DNA of 46,082 nt from Thauera sp. Its GTDB lineage: Bacteria > Pseudomonadota > Gammaproteobacteria > Burkholderiales > Rhodocyclaceae. Within the stretch, counting starts at the first letter, position 1. The number at the start of each line of letters is the position of its first letter. The DNA is taken from NCBI GenBank assembly GCA_023150215.1, contig JAKLLJ010000001.1, positions 1 to 46,082 of the forward strand, given 5' to 3'. Shown here piece after piece: positions 18,903-28,335 of this stretch. The position numbers were made by a program, and so were the translations under genes. The notes under the pieces were generated by a model. That model did not search any database, was not told the origin of the DNA, and saw only the letters and a program-made list of their open reading frames with translations.

Positions 18903-20271
18903 GAGCGACCTCCAGGTAGCGATTGGCGGGGGATGTGTTGGCGCGGCTGGTGGTCGCCGTCGTCATCGGCGTGTCGATACGCACGCCCTTGGTGATCACC
19001 ACGTCGACTTCACGCGCGGCGTCCACCTCGATGACCGGGAAGGTGTTCTCGGCCAACTTGATGTAGTACTGGGCGAGGCGGTCCAGCGCTTTGCCGACGC
19101 CGGTACCAAGCCCGGCGCGGTAGGCTTCGGCGCCGGAGGCGCTGGCCACGGTGCCGAGGGCCGAGGTGCTGTACTCGGTGGATGAGGTGGCCAGGCCCTG
19201 GCCGATGCCGCTGACCACGCCGGCGAGCAGTGCGTTGGCGAGCATCTGGCCTTGCTTGGTCACCAACCTGCCGCGCAGGCCGACCTTGCCGTCCTCGCCG
19301 TAGACCGTGCCCTGGATGCGCACCTCGAGCGCGGCGCCGTCGGCACGCACGCAGGACAGGGATTCGGTGCGCAGGTAGGCGCGTTCGCTGCTGATGTCGC
19401 CGTAGCCGGCGGCGATCACGAAGCACTCGCGGTACTCGCCGCGCATGCGGTTGGGCAGGATCGAGTTGTCGGAAAGGCGAATGAGGACCGGGTGCGGATT
19501 GCTCTGCGATTGTCCGCCGGTGGGTGCATCCAGTCCGCCGAGCAGCGTGCCTCGGGTCAAGCTGACCGGCAGGAAGGTCGAGACTGTGCGGGCCTCGTTC
19601 GCCTTGGCGGTATCGGCAGTGCCAGCGGTCGCCTGGGGGCCGGTGGGCGCAGGTTGACCGTTGTCCGTGGCACGTTCGCGCGGCGCGATGGAGACGCGGG
19701 AAATGCGAGGCGCTTCCGGTACGGTGGGTCGCGCGGGCGAGGTGCCCGGGTCCGGTGTTCCCGGCGGCATCGTCGTCGGCGACGGTTGCGGGCTCGGCTG
19801 CGGCGCGGGTTGGGGTGCGCTTTGTGGGGCAGGGGTTGGCGCTTGGGGCGTGGGCGTCGCCGCGGCCTGGTTCGCCGAGGTGAGCTTCTGCTCCAGCTCC
19901 GAGAAGCGCTGCATGGTGCGCTGTTCGAAGGCCGAGCGTTCCTTGTTGAGGCGGCTCTGCTCATCGCGCTCCGACTCGTACTGCGCCAGCCGGCGGCCCG
20001 CGGTGCCGACCCACTGATCGACCGGGTTGACCTGGGTTCCCGGCGGCATGACGCCGATGTTGGTGACGCTGCCAGGCTGATCCTGCCGCTTGGCGTCGGT
20101 CGCATGGGGCGGGGACGAGGTGAGCGAGAGGATCAGCCACAGCAGGCCGACGCCACCGACGAGGATCAGGCCGAGCAACCCGTACTGGCGCTGGCGCGGC
20201 GAGAGCCTGTCAACCACGCCGCGCAGCGCGTTGCCGGCGCGTTCGCGCACCGGAGGGATGTGCCCGCTCAT
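18886..20271 (-). CDS. traB: VirB10-like TraB
   Basis: TM, coiled coil, Pro-rich linker; [33 protein letters not shown]. Confidence 0.94.
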   Translation of the reverse strand: MSGHIPPVRERAGNALRGVVDRLSPRQRQYGLLGLILVGGVGLLWLILSLTSSPPHATDAKRQDQPGSVTNIGVMPPGTQVNPVDQWVGTAGRRLAQYESERDEQSRLNKERSAFEQRTMQRFSELEQKLTSANQAAATPTPQAPTPAPQSAPQPAPQPSPQPSPTTMPPGTPDPGTSPARPTVPEAPRISRVSIAPRERATDNGQPAPTGPQATAGTADTAKANEARTVSTFLPVSLTRGTLLGGLDAPTGGQSQSNPHPVLIRLSDNSILPNRMRGEYRECFVIAAGYGDISSERAYLRTESLSCVRADGAALEVRIQGTVYGEDGKVGLRGRLVTKQGQMLANALLAGVVSGIGQGLATSSTEYSTSALGTVASASGAEAYRAGLGTGVGKALDRLAQYYIKLAENTFPVIEVDAAREVDVVITKGVRIDTPMTTATTSRANTSPANRYLEVAHDPDY

Positions 20272-21140
20272 GGCTGCACCTCCCGGCGGATCACGAAGAC
20301 CAGCGTGCGTTCGCCCGGCCGCAGGTTGTGGTGCTCGATGGCAACGCCGACGACGCTGCCGGCCTCATCGTCCTCGCGGTCGAACTCCTGCTCAGTCAGC
20401 ACCATGGGCGCCTCGCTCACGTTCTGGAGCACATAGCGCTCGCCGACCAGGCCGCGGCCGCGGTAGGTGCGCTCCAGCGTGAAGCGCGCTTCGCGCCACA
20501 GCGTGATGGGCTGGCCGATGTCCTCGACCTGGATGTCGGTGGGTGCGCGCTCGGAGGCCATCGCCACGAGCAGCGCTTTGAGGCTGCGCACGTGGCTCGC
20601 GGCGCTGCCCGGCGCGGGGCGCGGCGCGCTGGCGTCGGCGCGCCGCTGCAGCGCCGCCTTGTCCCGGATGACGATGGTGTCGGCCGGCGTGTCGGCGCGG
20701 CGTAGCAGCAGCGTGTAGGTGCCGCGGGCCGACGAGACGAAAAGGTTGATCGGCTTCTTGCCGTCGCCGACCGGGCGGACGTAGATCTCGCCCTTGTCGC
20801 GGTCGCACTCGATGACGATCTCGCCGGCCGGGTTGATCGCCGGTGTGATCGGCGAGGCGGCTTGGGGGCCTGTGCCTGCCGAGGGCGCCATGCCGGCGGG
20901 CAGGGCCGTCGTCGCCTGCGCCGCTGTGCAGCCGCTGCTGTAGATGTTGCCGAAGACGTCCGTGATGGGCGCGCCTTCGATGCGGATGCGGGTCGGCTCC
21001 TGGATCGACAGGATGGCCTCGATGGACGCGCCGTCGCGGGTGTCGATCACCTGCAGCGCGTTCGCGCTGCCCAGTCCGAAGGCAAGGGCGAGGGCCACCG
21101 CGACGCGGAGCGCCCCGGTGCGGGGGTCAGTGGGTCGCAT
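20268..21140 (-). CDS. traK: Secretin-like TraK
   Basis: EPTRIRIEG, GEIYVRP, TYTLLL, LRPGERTLVFV; located between traE and traB. Confidence 0.9.
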   Translation of the reverse strand: MRPTDPRTGALRVAVALALAFGLGSANALQVIDTRDGASIEAILSIQEPTRIRIEGAPITDVFGNIYSSGCTAAQATTALPAGMAPSAGTGPQAASPITPAINPAGEIVIECDRDKGEIYVRPVGDGKKPINLFVSSARGTYTLLLRRADTPADTIVIRDKAALQRRADASAPRPAPGSAASHVRSLKALLVAMASERAPTDIQVEDIGQPITLWREARFTLERTYRGRGLVGERYVLQNVSEAPMVLTEQEFDREDDEAGSVVGVAIEHHNLRPGERTLVFVIRREVQP

Positions 21141-21693
21141 ACGGGATCTCCTTGAAGGTCTTTAGGTGCATGCGCGCGCCACCGAAGCTGAACTCGACCA
21201 GGTAGGCCTTCGGTTCGTTGGCGGTCTCGACGCCGTTGACGAGGGTGCGCAGGCGTCCGCGGATGACGACGCTCTGGCCGTTGCTGTCGGGCACGAGCTG
21301 CTCGAGCGCGAGCGCGGTGGTGGCGTTGATGCGCTTCAGGCGCTCGGCCTCGACTTCCTGGCGCGACTTGAGCTCGTTGTGCTGCGACGGCTCGATGTAG
21401 GTCAGCAGGACGTCCTTCTTCCAGTCGATCGTTGCCGGCGTGACGTCGAGGACCAGCCAGGCGATGAAGGTGCCCATCTGTTCCAGATAGGTGCCGCTGG
21501 CTTTCTCGTCGGTGACCCAGAAGGACTTATTGAGGGTGGGCGGCACGATCACCGTGCGCTCACTCCCCAGCACGTTGAGGAGGGCGATCAGCGTCAGAAT
21601 CTGGCCGATAGCGAGGGCGCCGACCGCCAGGCCCAGGCCGCGGTTGCGGCGCTGGAGTTCCTTGCGGTCGGCATTGAGCCGTTCGAAGTCCAT
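21127..21693 (-). CDS. traE: TraE
   Basis: TVIVPP, YLEQM, LDVTP; start re-called at MDFERL. Confidence 0.9.
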   Translation of the reverse strand: MDFERLNADRKELQRRNRGLGLAVGALAIGQILTLIALLNVLGSERTVIVPPTLNKSFWVTDEKASGTYLEQMGTFIAWLVLDVTPATIDWKKDVLLTYIEPSQHNELKSRQEVEAERLKRINATTALALEQLVPDSNGQSVVIRGRLRTLVNGVETANEPKAYLVEFSFGGARMHLKTFKEIPYATH

Positions 21694-21707
21694 GGCGTCC
21701 TCCCGGC

Positions 21708-22007
21708 TCAGCCGACCATGCGGCGGATGTGGGAGGGTGGGGTGGCCGCGAGCGCCGTCATCGGCGTGCTCGGCAGGTTCCACCACAGCCAGTGCACGGC
21801 GAAGGCCGGGTGCTTGTCCGCCTTCAGCTTCGAGACCCAGCGCGACACCGCGATGCCCACCGCCATGCTGATGGCGAAGGACAGCTTGGTGCCGGAGACG
21901 TAGCCGATGAAGAAGGCGAACAAGACGGGCGCCGCGACATCGACGTCCCAGAAGCCGATCTTCCAGGCGTCGTCGAGACGACGCGGGATGTAGGTGTCGG
22001 TGCGCAT
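21708..22007 (-). CDS. traL: TraL
   Basis: IPRRLDD..KIGFWDVD, HWLWWNLP, PPSHIR. Confidence 0.92.
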   Translation of the reverse strand: MRTDTYIPRRLDDAWKIGFWDVDVAAPVLFAFFIGYVSGTKLSFAISMAVGIAVSRWVSKLKADKHPAFAVHWLWWNLPSTPMTALAATPPSHIRRMVG

Positions 22008-22034
22008 GCCGGACTCCCTGGACCCGAGCCCGGC

Positions 22035-22382
22035 TTAGATGACCGCGCCCATGATCGCGCCGGCGATCACGAGGCCCACGGCACCGAAGATGGCCAGCCC
22101 GACGTAGAACAAGACGGGACCGAAGTTGCGCAGCGCAGCCAGCGAGATCAGCGCGACGACGAAACCGACGAAGCCGACCAGAGCCTTGATGCCGGGCCCG
22201 AGGGCCGAGATCTGCGTCAGCGCTGACGTGAGGGGGCCGGTGATGCCGGTGAAACCCACCAGGTCGAGGGCATAACTCGGGAAAGCCGCGAACAGCCCGA
22301 GCAGGCTGAGCGCAAGCAGCGTGAGGAAGGCGAGGGGACGGCGCACGTCCAGGCGGGACGGCGCAAGCGTTGCAGTGCTCAT
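22035..22382 (-). CDS. traA: Conjugative pilin (TraA-like)
   Basis: Long leader ending SYA, two hydrophobic helices, strong GGAGG RBS, directly upstream of traL. Confidence 0.75.
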   Translation of the reverse strand: MSTATLAPSRLDVRRPLAFLTLLALSLLGLFAAFPSYALDLVGFTGITGPLTSALTQISALGPGIKALVGFVGFVVALISLAALRNFGPVLFYVGLAIFGAVGLVIAGAIMGAVI

Positions 22383-22414
22383 GGAAGACCTCCGTTGAAA
22401 TGAGCGTCGAGAGA

Positions 22415-22497
22415 CGGGGCGCGGACGGGTCGGAGCGGGTCGATGAGCGGGTTGCGAACGCGGGTCGAAGCGGGGGAAAAACGGGTGAGATGCGGGT
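22415..22497. repeat. Phased CGGG(T/G) pentamer array upstream of the pilin gene
   Basis: Starts at 22415, 22426, 22436, 22448, 22461, 22471, 22482 and 22493 (spacing 10-13 bp). Confidence 0.7.
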
Positions 22498-22533
22498 GGG
22501 GATGCAGGTCGTGACGAGGGCCGTGCCAGCCGC

Positions 22534-23229
22534 TCAAGGCGGGGACGCAGCAGGCTCCGCGACGACCTCGACGCGCCGGTTGCGGGCGCGCCCGGCTGCC
22601 GTGTCGTTGGCAGCGGCGAAGCAGCACTTGCCCTGCGCCTGCACCGTGATGTCCGGCGCCAGCGCCGGGCGTGCGCGCAGAAGGTGATCGCGCACCGCTT
22701 CGGCACGCGCCTGAGCCAGCGCGTCGTTGACGGCGCCAGGGCCGATGTCGTCGGTGCGGCCGGCGATCGTGACGCGCGAATCGCCTGGCAGCGCGTCGAT
22801 CACCCTCTGCATGACGGCCTGGGCGGTCGCGCCGAGCTGCGCGCTGCCGAAGGCGAACGGCACGCTCCAGCTCATTCGTTCCGCGGTGACAGGAGAGCCG
22901 ATGCTGGTGCGGGGTGCTTCAGGGGCGGGTTCCACGGGCCTGACCGCCAGCGATGAAGGCGAAACCTCTGGGGCTGCTGCCGACGGCACTTCGGGGGCCG
23001 GGGCGGCGCCGATGGTCTTGGGTGTGCGCAGGGGGCATTGCGGTGGAACGCACTGAACGAAGTCGGCCTGCGCGCCGTAGCCGATCTGCGCAAGCTGGGG
23101 GGCGGACGCAAGCGCGGTGGGGGCATGTGTCGCCCGTGCAACCGGATTCGCGCATGAGGACAGCATGAGCGAGGTGGCCATGATCGGAAGCGACCAGAGC
23201 ATGGAGACGGTGGCTTGACGGATCGTCAT
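22534..23229 (-). CDS. OmpA-family peptidoglycan-binding lipoprotein
   Basis: Lipobox-like LSSC; GRTD...NDALAQARAEAV...GRARNRRVEV. Confidence 0.88.
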   Translation of the reverse strand: MTIRQATVSMLWSLPIMATSLMLSSCANPVARATHAPTALASAPQLAQIGYGAQADFVQCVPPQCPLRTPKTIGAAPAPEVPSAAAPEVSPSSLAVRPVEPAPEAPRTSIGSPVTAERMSWSVPFAFGSAQLGATAQAVMQRVIDALPGDSRVTIAGRTDDIGPGAVNDALAQARAEAVRDHLLRARPALAPDITVQAQGKCCFAAANDTAAGRARNRRVEVVAEPAASPP

Positions 23230-23771
23230 GGCGCCACCCGCACGGCTAGCAAGGGAATCGTCGGGCGTGCTGCTGGGCTTGCTTCATCCCGGCGAGGTGT
23301 GAGCGACCGGCGTGTTGCCGGCCTGTTGCCAGGCAACTGGCGGTACACCTTCCACGCGTAGCGCGCTCTGGCCTGCGTGCAGGCTTCTCCCTTCAGTTCG
23401 GTGCAGGCGGCGTTGTAGGCGCCGACGCTGTCCCAACTGAGACCTTTGCGAGCGAAGAGATCGGCCAGCAACCGTGCGCCGACATCGAGGTTCGTGCAGG
23501 GCTCGAACAGACGAGTTTCCGTGATGCCCTCGCGGGCCAACTGGGGCAGATGCCGGCTGTTGATCTGCATGAGGCCGATGTCGACCGACCGCGTGCGTTG
23601 GAAGTGCGAACGGTTGACCGCCTTGGGATCCAGGCTCGACTCGACTTTCGCGACTGCATAGAGAAGATCTGCCGGAATGCCATGGCGTTGGGCGATGTCA
23701 TTCCAGCAAGCGTGCGCGCTGGCGGACACGCCGCACAGCAGGCAAACGGCAACGAGCAGTTGGCGGGGCAT
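23226..23771 (-). CDS. Lytic transglycosylase (VirB1-like)
   Basis: AVAKVESS, DIGLMQINS, VGAYN. Confidence 0.93.
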   Translation of the reverse strand: MPRQLLVAVCLLCGVSASAHACWNDIAQRHGIPADLLYAVAKVESSLDPKAVNRSHFQRTRSVDIGLMQINSRHLPQLAREGITETRLFEPCTNLDVGARLLADLFARKGLSWDSVGAYNAACTELKGEACTQARARYAWKVYRQLPGNRPATRRSLTPRRDEASPAARPTIPLLAVRVAP

Positions 23772-23846
23772 GAATCACCTCTCGACAGCCAGACCACCTT
23801 CCGCGATGGCGGAAGGACCAGGGAGTGGTAGGACCGGAAGGCCGGT

Positions 23847-23942
23847 CGGGGTAGGCAGCGGGTCGGCCTGCGTCGGGCAGGCGGGGTGATTCAGGCGGGT
23901 GGGGTATGCGGGTAAGTGCGCAGGTGAGCGAGCGGGTTGGGT
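23847..23942. repeat. Second CGGGT/GGGT array upstream of slt
   Basis: CGGGT at 23859, 23896, 23909 and 23933; CGGGGT at 23847 and 23882; variants between. Confidence 0.55.
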
Positions 23943-23954
23943 CGCGACGTGGCG

Positions 23955-24449
23955 TCAGCCGCTCGCTTGCTGCAAACGGGGCTTGGCGCGTTCAGCCATG
24001 TTCATGCGGGCGTACTTGAGCACCAACGCGCCAGTGGGGTCGGCCTCGCTGCACAGCGCCACCGCGGCGGTGGTCAACTGGTCGAGCTGGAACTTGGGGT
24101 TGGGATGTTGATTGGCGGGCGAGCGTTGCACGTCTTGCAGCTGCTCGTATTGGGGGCGCCACATGGCTTCGCGGCGCCGTGCCGTGGCGGGGTCGCGCAG
24201 CACGAGCTGGGTGCCGAGATAGGTGAACAGCGCGCGATAGCCTTCCGGGGGCGTCAGCACGGCCGTGACGCACGCACTGATCAGGTCGGGAAAGCGAAAG
24301 GTCGGCGCCTGGTTCAAGGGACTCTTGAGCACGCCGTACAGCCACGTGTGTTCCTCGATCCACAGGCGTGTCTCGACAGTCTCCGGTGTGCCCGAAGACG
24401 ATTGACCGGCTTGCGCCTCGCTGGATTGGGTGTTCGTGACCGGTTGCAT
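23955..24449 (-). CDS. Hypothetical protein with an internal two-fold repeat, possible ribbon-helix-helix DNA-binding protein
   Basis: GAGG RBS before MQPVTNT; residues 26-64 align with 93-133. Confidence 0.7.
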   Translation of the reverse strand: MQPVTNTQSSEAQAGQSSSGTPETVETRLWIEEHTWLYGVLKSPLNQAPTFRFPDLISACVTAVLTPPEGYRALFTYLGTQLVLRDPATARRREAMWRPQYEQLQDVQRSPANQHPNPKFQLDQLTTAAVALCSEADPTGALVLKYARMNMAERAKPRLQQASG

Positions 24450-24599
24450 GCTGGTGACCTCTCGATGTGGCATGGGGAGAAGCGTACCGATGCAGTTCCC
24501 TCGGGTCTCGGTCGAATTCGGGGGCTTTGACTGCGAATTCGTCACTGGACCTAATCTTGCGGCCCGGTGTGCTTGCGGCTGACGAGCGTCCAAGCATGA

Positions 24600-25706
24600 T
24601 TGTCATTGCCTGCCAGACTTGGCAAGCTTGTCTCTCATGATTCTGAAATAGCTCAAACAGGGGAATTGCTGTTGAACATGGAGCATTGCTTGCTCAGTCA
24701 AGCTCGAATTGAGGACGAGAACCTCCCCGTGGCCGTGCTTCAGGCGGACGCGTGGCCCCTATGGCGCCGATGGCTGCGCTGGCCTACGCCACTGTCCAGG
24801 TTTCGGGGGGAGCGATGGCGGAAGTTGGTTGAGGGCGTTCGTCGGCTGGAAGGGGAAATGGACCTGGTGTTCCCGCTGCGCCGCAGGGCAGGAATCTTCA
24901 AGGGATCCACCGTGATGTGGGACCACCTTGCGCAGACTTCACCCTCCATCGACAAATCAACGTACGGAGGGTGGTGCTTCAAGGGAGTGCAGGGCAACCA
25001 GTCGCGTGTGACCAATCCGTGTGGCGCACTTGCCGAGACGATCCGGGTTCCCGATTTCGATTTCGACATCACCGAAGTTGAAGGGATATGCAACAGCCAA
25101 TCGGAAGATCGGTCTTTCGATAGCGTTCAGGACTTCGGGCGCGACTATGCGGCGTATCTGAAAGTGTCGGCCGATGAAGCTGGCTTCGCGGTCATGACCC
25201 GGCATAGGGAGGTGCGTCTGATCCATTCGCCTGGCTCGGACACCCTCATGCTCCAGGCCTGGGATGGTCGGCTGTTCGTCTGTAACGGCGGGGGCAGCCA
25301 TCACTTGGCGGGTGCAGCCTACATCGCTCGCGAGATCGGCCGGGCCATGCCGTTGCGAGCGCAGCTCTCGCTGGATTGTCTGAATGCACCGGCATGGCGC
25401 TGGCTGTTGGAGCAGTTCTTCGTCTTGCAGGTGCCACGCAACCATCGTGTCCTGGCTGACGTGGCGATGCTGGCCGGTGCCGCCTACCTGATCGAACTAC
25501 CTGTTTGGGTCAGCCAATCGTCGCTGCTGCTGATTCCTAGCCAGGCTCGGGTGAGCAGAGACATCGTCGATATTCACCTGACGGCCGGGGTGAGGGAGGT
25601 CGCTGAAGACATCGCGGAGTTGCTCCGCTTGCAGGCGGAGACGGTGGTGGCCTTGGGACAGCGGTTTCCAGCTTTGCGCCCACAGCTCGACCGGATATTG
25701 CGCTGA
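24600..25706 (+). CDS. DUF6685-like protein (ParB/Srx-like motif), cargo
   Basis: QAWDGRLFVCNGGGSHHLAGAAYIA motif; opposite strand and visibly lower GC than the flanks; start uncertain. Confidence 0.65.
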   Translation: MSLPARLGKLVSHDSEIAQTGELLLNMEHCLLSQARIEDENLPVAVLQADAWPLWRRWLRWPTPLSRFRGERWRKLVEGVRRLEGEMDLVFPLRRRAGIFKGSTVMWDHLAQTSPSIDKSTYGGWCFKGVQGNQSRVTNPCGALAETIRVPDFDFDITEVEGICNSQSEDRSFDSVQDFGRDYAAYLKVSADEAGFAVMTRHREVRLIHSPGSDTLMLQAWDGRLFVCNGGGSHHLAGAAYIAREIGRAMPLRAQLSLDCLNAPAWRWLLEQFFVLQVPRNHRVLADVAMLAGAAYLIELPVWVSQSSLLLIPSQARVSRDIVDIHLTAGVREVAEDIAELLRLQAETVVALGQRFPALRPQLDRILR

Positions 25707-25806
25707 TGTCGGGTTTCGATTTGAGTTCGTAGTCCGAGGGACGCATTCCGGGTGTCGGGGCAAGAGCAGCCGATGTTGCGCGCGGGATTGCTCGACTGCA
25801 CCGCAC

Positions 25807-26430
25807 TCAACCTTGCCGGTGGAAGTTCGCGATGACGCGGCTCAGAAAGAGCGTGCCGACGACCGGCACGAGCGCCAACAGGGGCGGCGCGATGGTGAGC
25901 GGTACGAGGAAGGCCACGACGCTGCCACAGGCGAGCAGCACGAACGCGCTGGCATGCAGCGCAAACCATTCCGGGTCATGCGGTTTGAATTCCTTGGAGC
26001 GCAGGATGCGGACGATCAGGCCGTCGATCACCAGTGCCAGGATCACGAACGCCTGTACGGGCAGCCATTCGACCAGCGCGGCCAGGCGAAAGGTGGCGAG
26101 CAACAGGAGGGCGTCGATCGAGCGGAAATAGGCGTTGCCGAAGAAGCGTTGGTTTACGCGCTCCATTTCCTGGGTGACGGCTTCGGCCATGCGGTCGGTG
26201 TGTGGCGCCTGCGTGGCGTTCGGCACTGGACTGGCGCCGCTCAGAGCCTGGTTCATCGCCAGGGTGCGTTCCAGGATGCCTTCGGCCCGGGCCTCGCCCC
26301 AGAACGCCGTATTGAGCCCGTGTTCGTTGCGGATCTGGGCCATGAACCGCTCGGGCGGATTCGCGGCCGGCAGGTACAGCACGAAGATGAGCAGCAGGGT
26401 CAGCGCCGCGATCGAGATGACGCGGATCAT
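25807..26430 (-). CDS. DUF4400-like conjugative membrane protein
   Basis: FRLAALVEWLP...IDGLIVR pattern, several TM helices, coupled to traD as in SXT/IncC. Confidence 0.8.
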   Translation of the reverse strand: MIRVISIAALTLLLIFVLYLPAANPPERFMAQIRNEHGLNTAFWGEARAEGILERTLAMNQALSGASPVPNATQAPHTDRMAEAVTQEMERVNQRFFGNAYFRSIDALLLLATFRLAALVEWLPVQAFVILALVIDGLIVRILRSKEFKPHDPEWFALHASAFVLLACGSVVAFLVPLTIAPPLLALVPVVGTLFLSRVIANFHRQG

Positions 26431-28334
26431 GCCGCCAGCCGCTGGAGCGGCTCCGGGAAGGGCGTTTCCGTGTCGAGGATCGGAAAGCGGCCCTTGATGA
26501 TGCGCCCGCCCGAGACCGAGGCGAAGTACTGCAGGTTGGGCAGCTTGCCGAGCACGTCGGCCGGGATCATTTCCTCGAAGGTTTCGCTGATCTGCGCTGA
26601 GTAGTTGGCCGAGAAGTCACCGAGGTGCGCGTCGGCGCCGTGACCCATACCGACGCGCAGGGAATGGATGGCCGTCTTGCCGAAGGTCTCGACGACGAAG
26701 TCCTGCGTCGGCCGGTCCTTCGAGCGCAGGGCGATGAGGTTGTTGAGGTTGCCGAGCGCCATGCGGGCAGCGTCTTCGCTGCCCAGACGCTTGGCCAGGT
26801 CGGCCAGCGTCTGCATGGCGCAGGTGGTGAAGATGCCACCCTCGGCCCCCTTGTTCAGGATCTCGATCAAGGGCTGGTTGATGACATTCGATACCTCGTC
26901 GACGAACAGCGAGATACGGCGGTAGCCGCCCAGGTTGTAGCGCATGCCGGCGCGTGCGGCGAGGTCGGCCAGCGCGAGGGCGCCGATGGCGGAGGCGACC
27001 GACGGATCAGGAAGAGAGTCCAGGCACATGTAGAGCACATGGCCGCCGCGCTCCAGCTTCTCGAAGTTCATGATCGGCCGCTTGTCGGCGGGGTCGAACG
27101 GATCCGGGCTCAGGCTGCGGCCCAGATCGCCCGAGGTCAGCATCGACAGGATCGGCAGGAGGTTCGCCGTGATCTTTTGGTAGTGCTCCCTGTTGTGCCT
27201 GAACACGCGCACCTGCGAGTCGATCACCTTGTTGCGCTGGCTCTGCGGCACGTGGTGCTCATAGAAGGCCACGAAGGCCATCAGGTCGGCGCTGGCCGCT
27301 TCGGACGGTCGCTTGATGTTGCCCTTGTGGGCCTCGTTGAGCAGACGCTTCATCTCCGGGTGCTCGCGCCAGCCGTCCCGGAACTCGGTCTCGTAGAAGC
27401 GGCGCAGCGACTGCTCCAGCACGGGCTCGATGCCCCCTTCGATGTAGCGGGTCAGCTTGGCCAGGCTCGGGCGCTCTTCGAGATCCACGAGGCCTTGGAC
27501 GACGACGTTGACCGCATCCCAGGAGAAGGCGCCAAAAGCACCCGCGGTGTCCGGTGGCAGGATGGACTGCACACGTGACGCCAGCTCGGTGGGTTTTTGC
27601 CAATTGAAGGCAAAGTCCAATCGCACACCCGCTTCCGGAAAAGCCGGATGGAACTCCATGAAGGTGTCCGCATCGCGGTAGCGCTCGCAGGCCCGGATGG
27701 CCGCGCGTTTCAGGCGTCGGCTGTTCTTCGGATCGATGACGATGACGACATCGCCGCGACGGATGGCCTGGGTGACCAGGTTCGACAGCGCGACGCCCTT
27801 GCCGGCCTGGGTGGTCCCGACCAACAGGGTGCCCCCCTCGAAGTTCTGCAAAGGCCGGTACAGCGCGCGCTCGCGCGGCTCGACGCCATGGATGTACGGC
27901 AGGCCGATCTCGGCGTCCGGCTGGGGCGTGACCTTGTACCCGAGGAGATTGAGCAGGGCTGGCGATGCTGTGTAGCGGCGGTAATCGATCTTGGCGAGTT
28001 CGTACAGGCGCTGCGAATGCTGGGGCAGCCAATCGAAACCGAAGCCGAGGAAGACCTGCCCGGGATCCCCGGTCAGCTTCTCCTGCTCGACCGGGCCGAT
28101 GACCTGCATCGCCCGTCCGGTGAGCGCCGCGCGCAACACCATGATGTGCGCCGCTTGTGCCGCTCGCCACACCGCCATGGCGAGGCAGGTGAGCGCCAGG
28201 GGCATGGCCACTTGCGTTGGCACGTGCGAAAGCGCCGATGCAATGACCGTTGCCACCAGTGCCACGAGCCAGGCTGAGCTTGCGTAGGCCTCATAGGCGC
28301 GGCGCCAGGGCATTTCATAGGCACGCGCCAGCAT
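26427..28334 (-). CDS. traD: Type IV coupling protein TraD
   Basis: YEMPWR start, GTTQAGKG Walker A, VIDPK, FVDEV, LNKG. Confidence 0.94.
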   Translation of the reverse strand: MLARAYEMPWRRAYEAYASSAWLVALVATVIASALSHVPTQVAMPLALTCLAMAVWRAAQAAHIMVLRAALTGRAMQVIGPVEQEKLTGDPGQVFLGFGFDWLPQHSQRLYELAKIDYRRYTASPALLNLLGYKVTPQPDAEIGLPYIHGVEPRERALYRPLQNFEGGTLLVGTTQAGKGVALSNLVTQAIRRGDVVIVIDPKNSRRLKRAAIRACERYRDADTFMEFHPAFPEAGVRLDFAFNWQKPTELASRVQSILPPDTAGAFGAFSWDAVNVVVQGLVDLEERPSLAKLTRYIEGGIEPVLEQSLRRFYETEFRDGWREHPEMKRLLNEAHKGNIKRPSEAASADLMAFVAFYEHHVPQSQRNKVIDSQVRVFRHNREHYQKITANLLPILSMLTSGDLGRSLSPDPFDPADKRPIMNFEKLERGGHVLYMCLDSLPDPSVASAIGALALADLAARAGMRYNLGGYRRISLFVDEVSNVINQPLIEILNKGAEGGIFTTCAMQTLADLAKRLGSEDAARMALGNLNNLIALRSKDRPTQDFVVETFGKTAIHSLRVGMGHGADAHLGDFSANYSAQISETFEEMIPADVLGKLPNLQYFASVSGGRIIKGRFPILDTETPFPEPLQRLAA

Positions 28335-28335
28335 G

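Noticed and set aside
25707-25806. Possible attC-like cassette site after the DUF6685-like gene
   Set aside because: No convincing RYYYAAC/GTTRRRY pair or extended palindrome.
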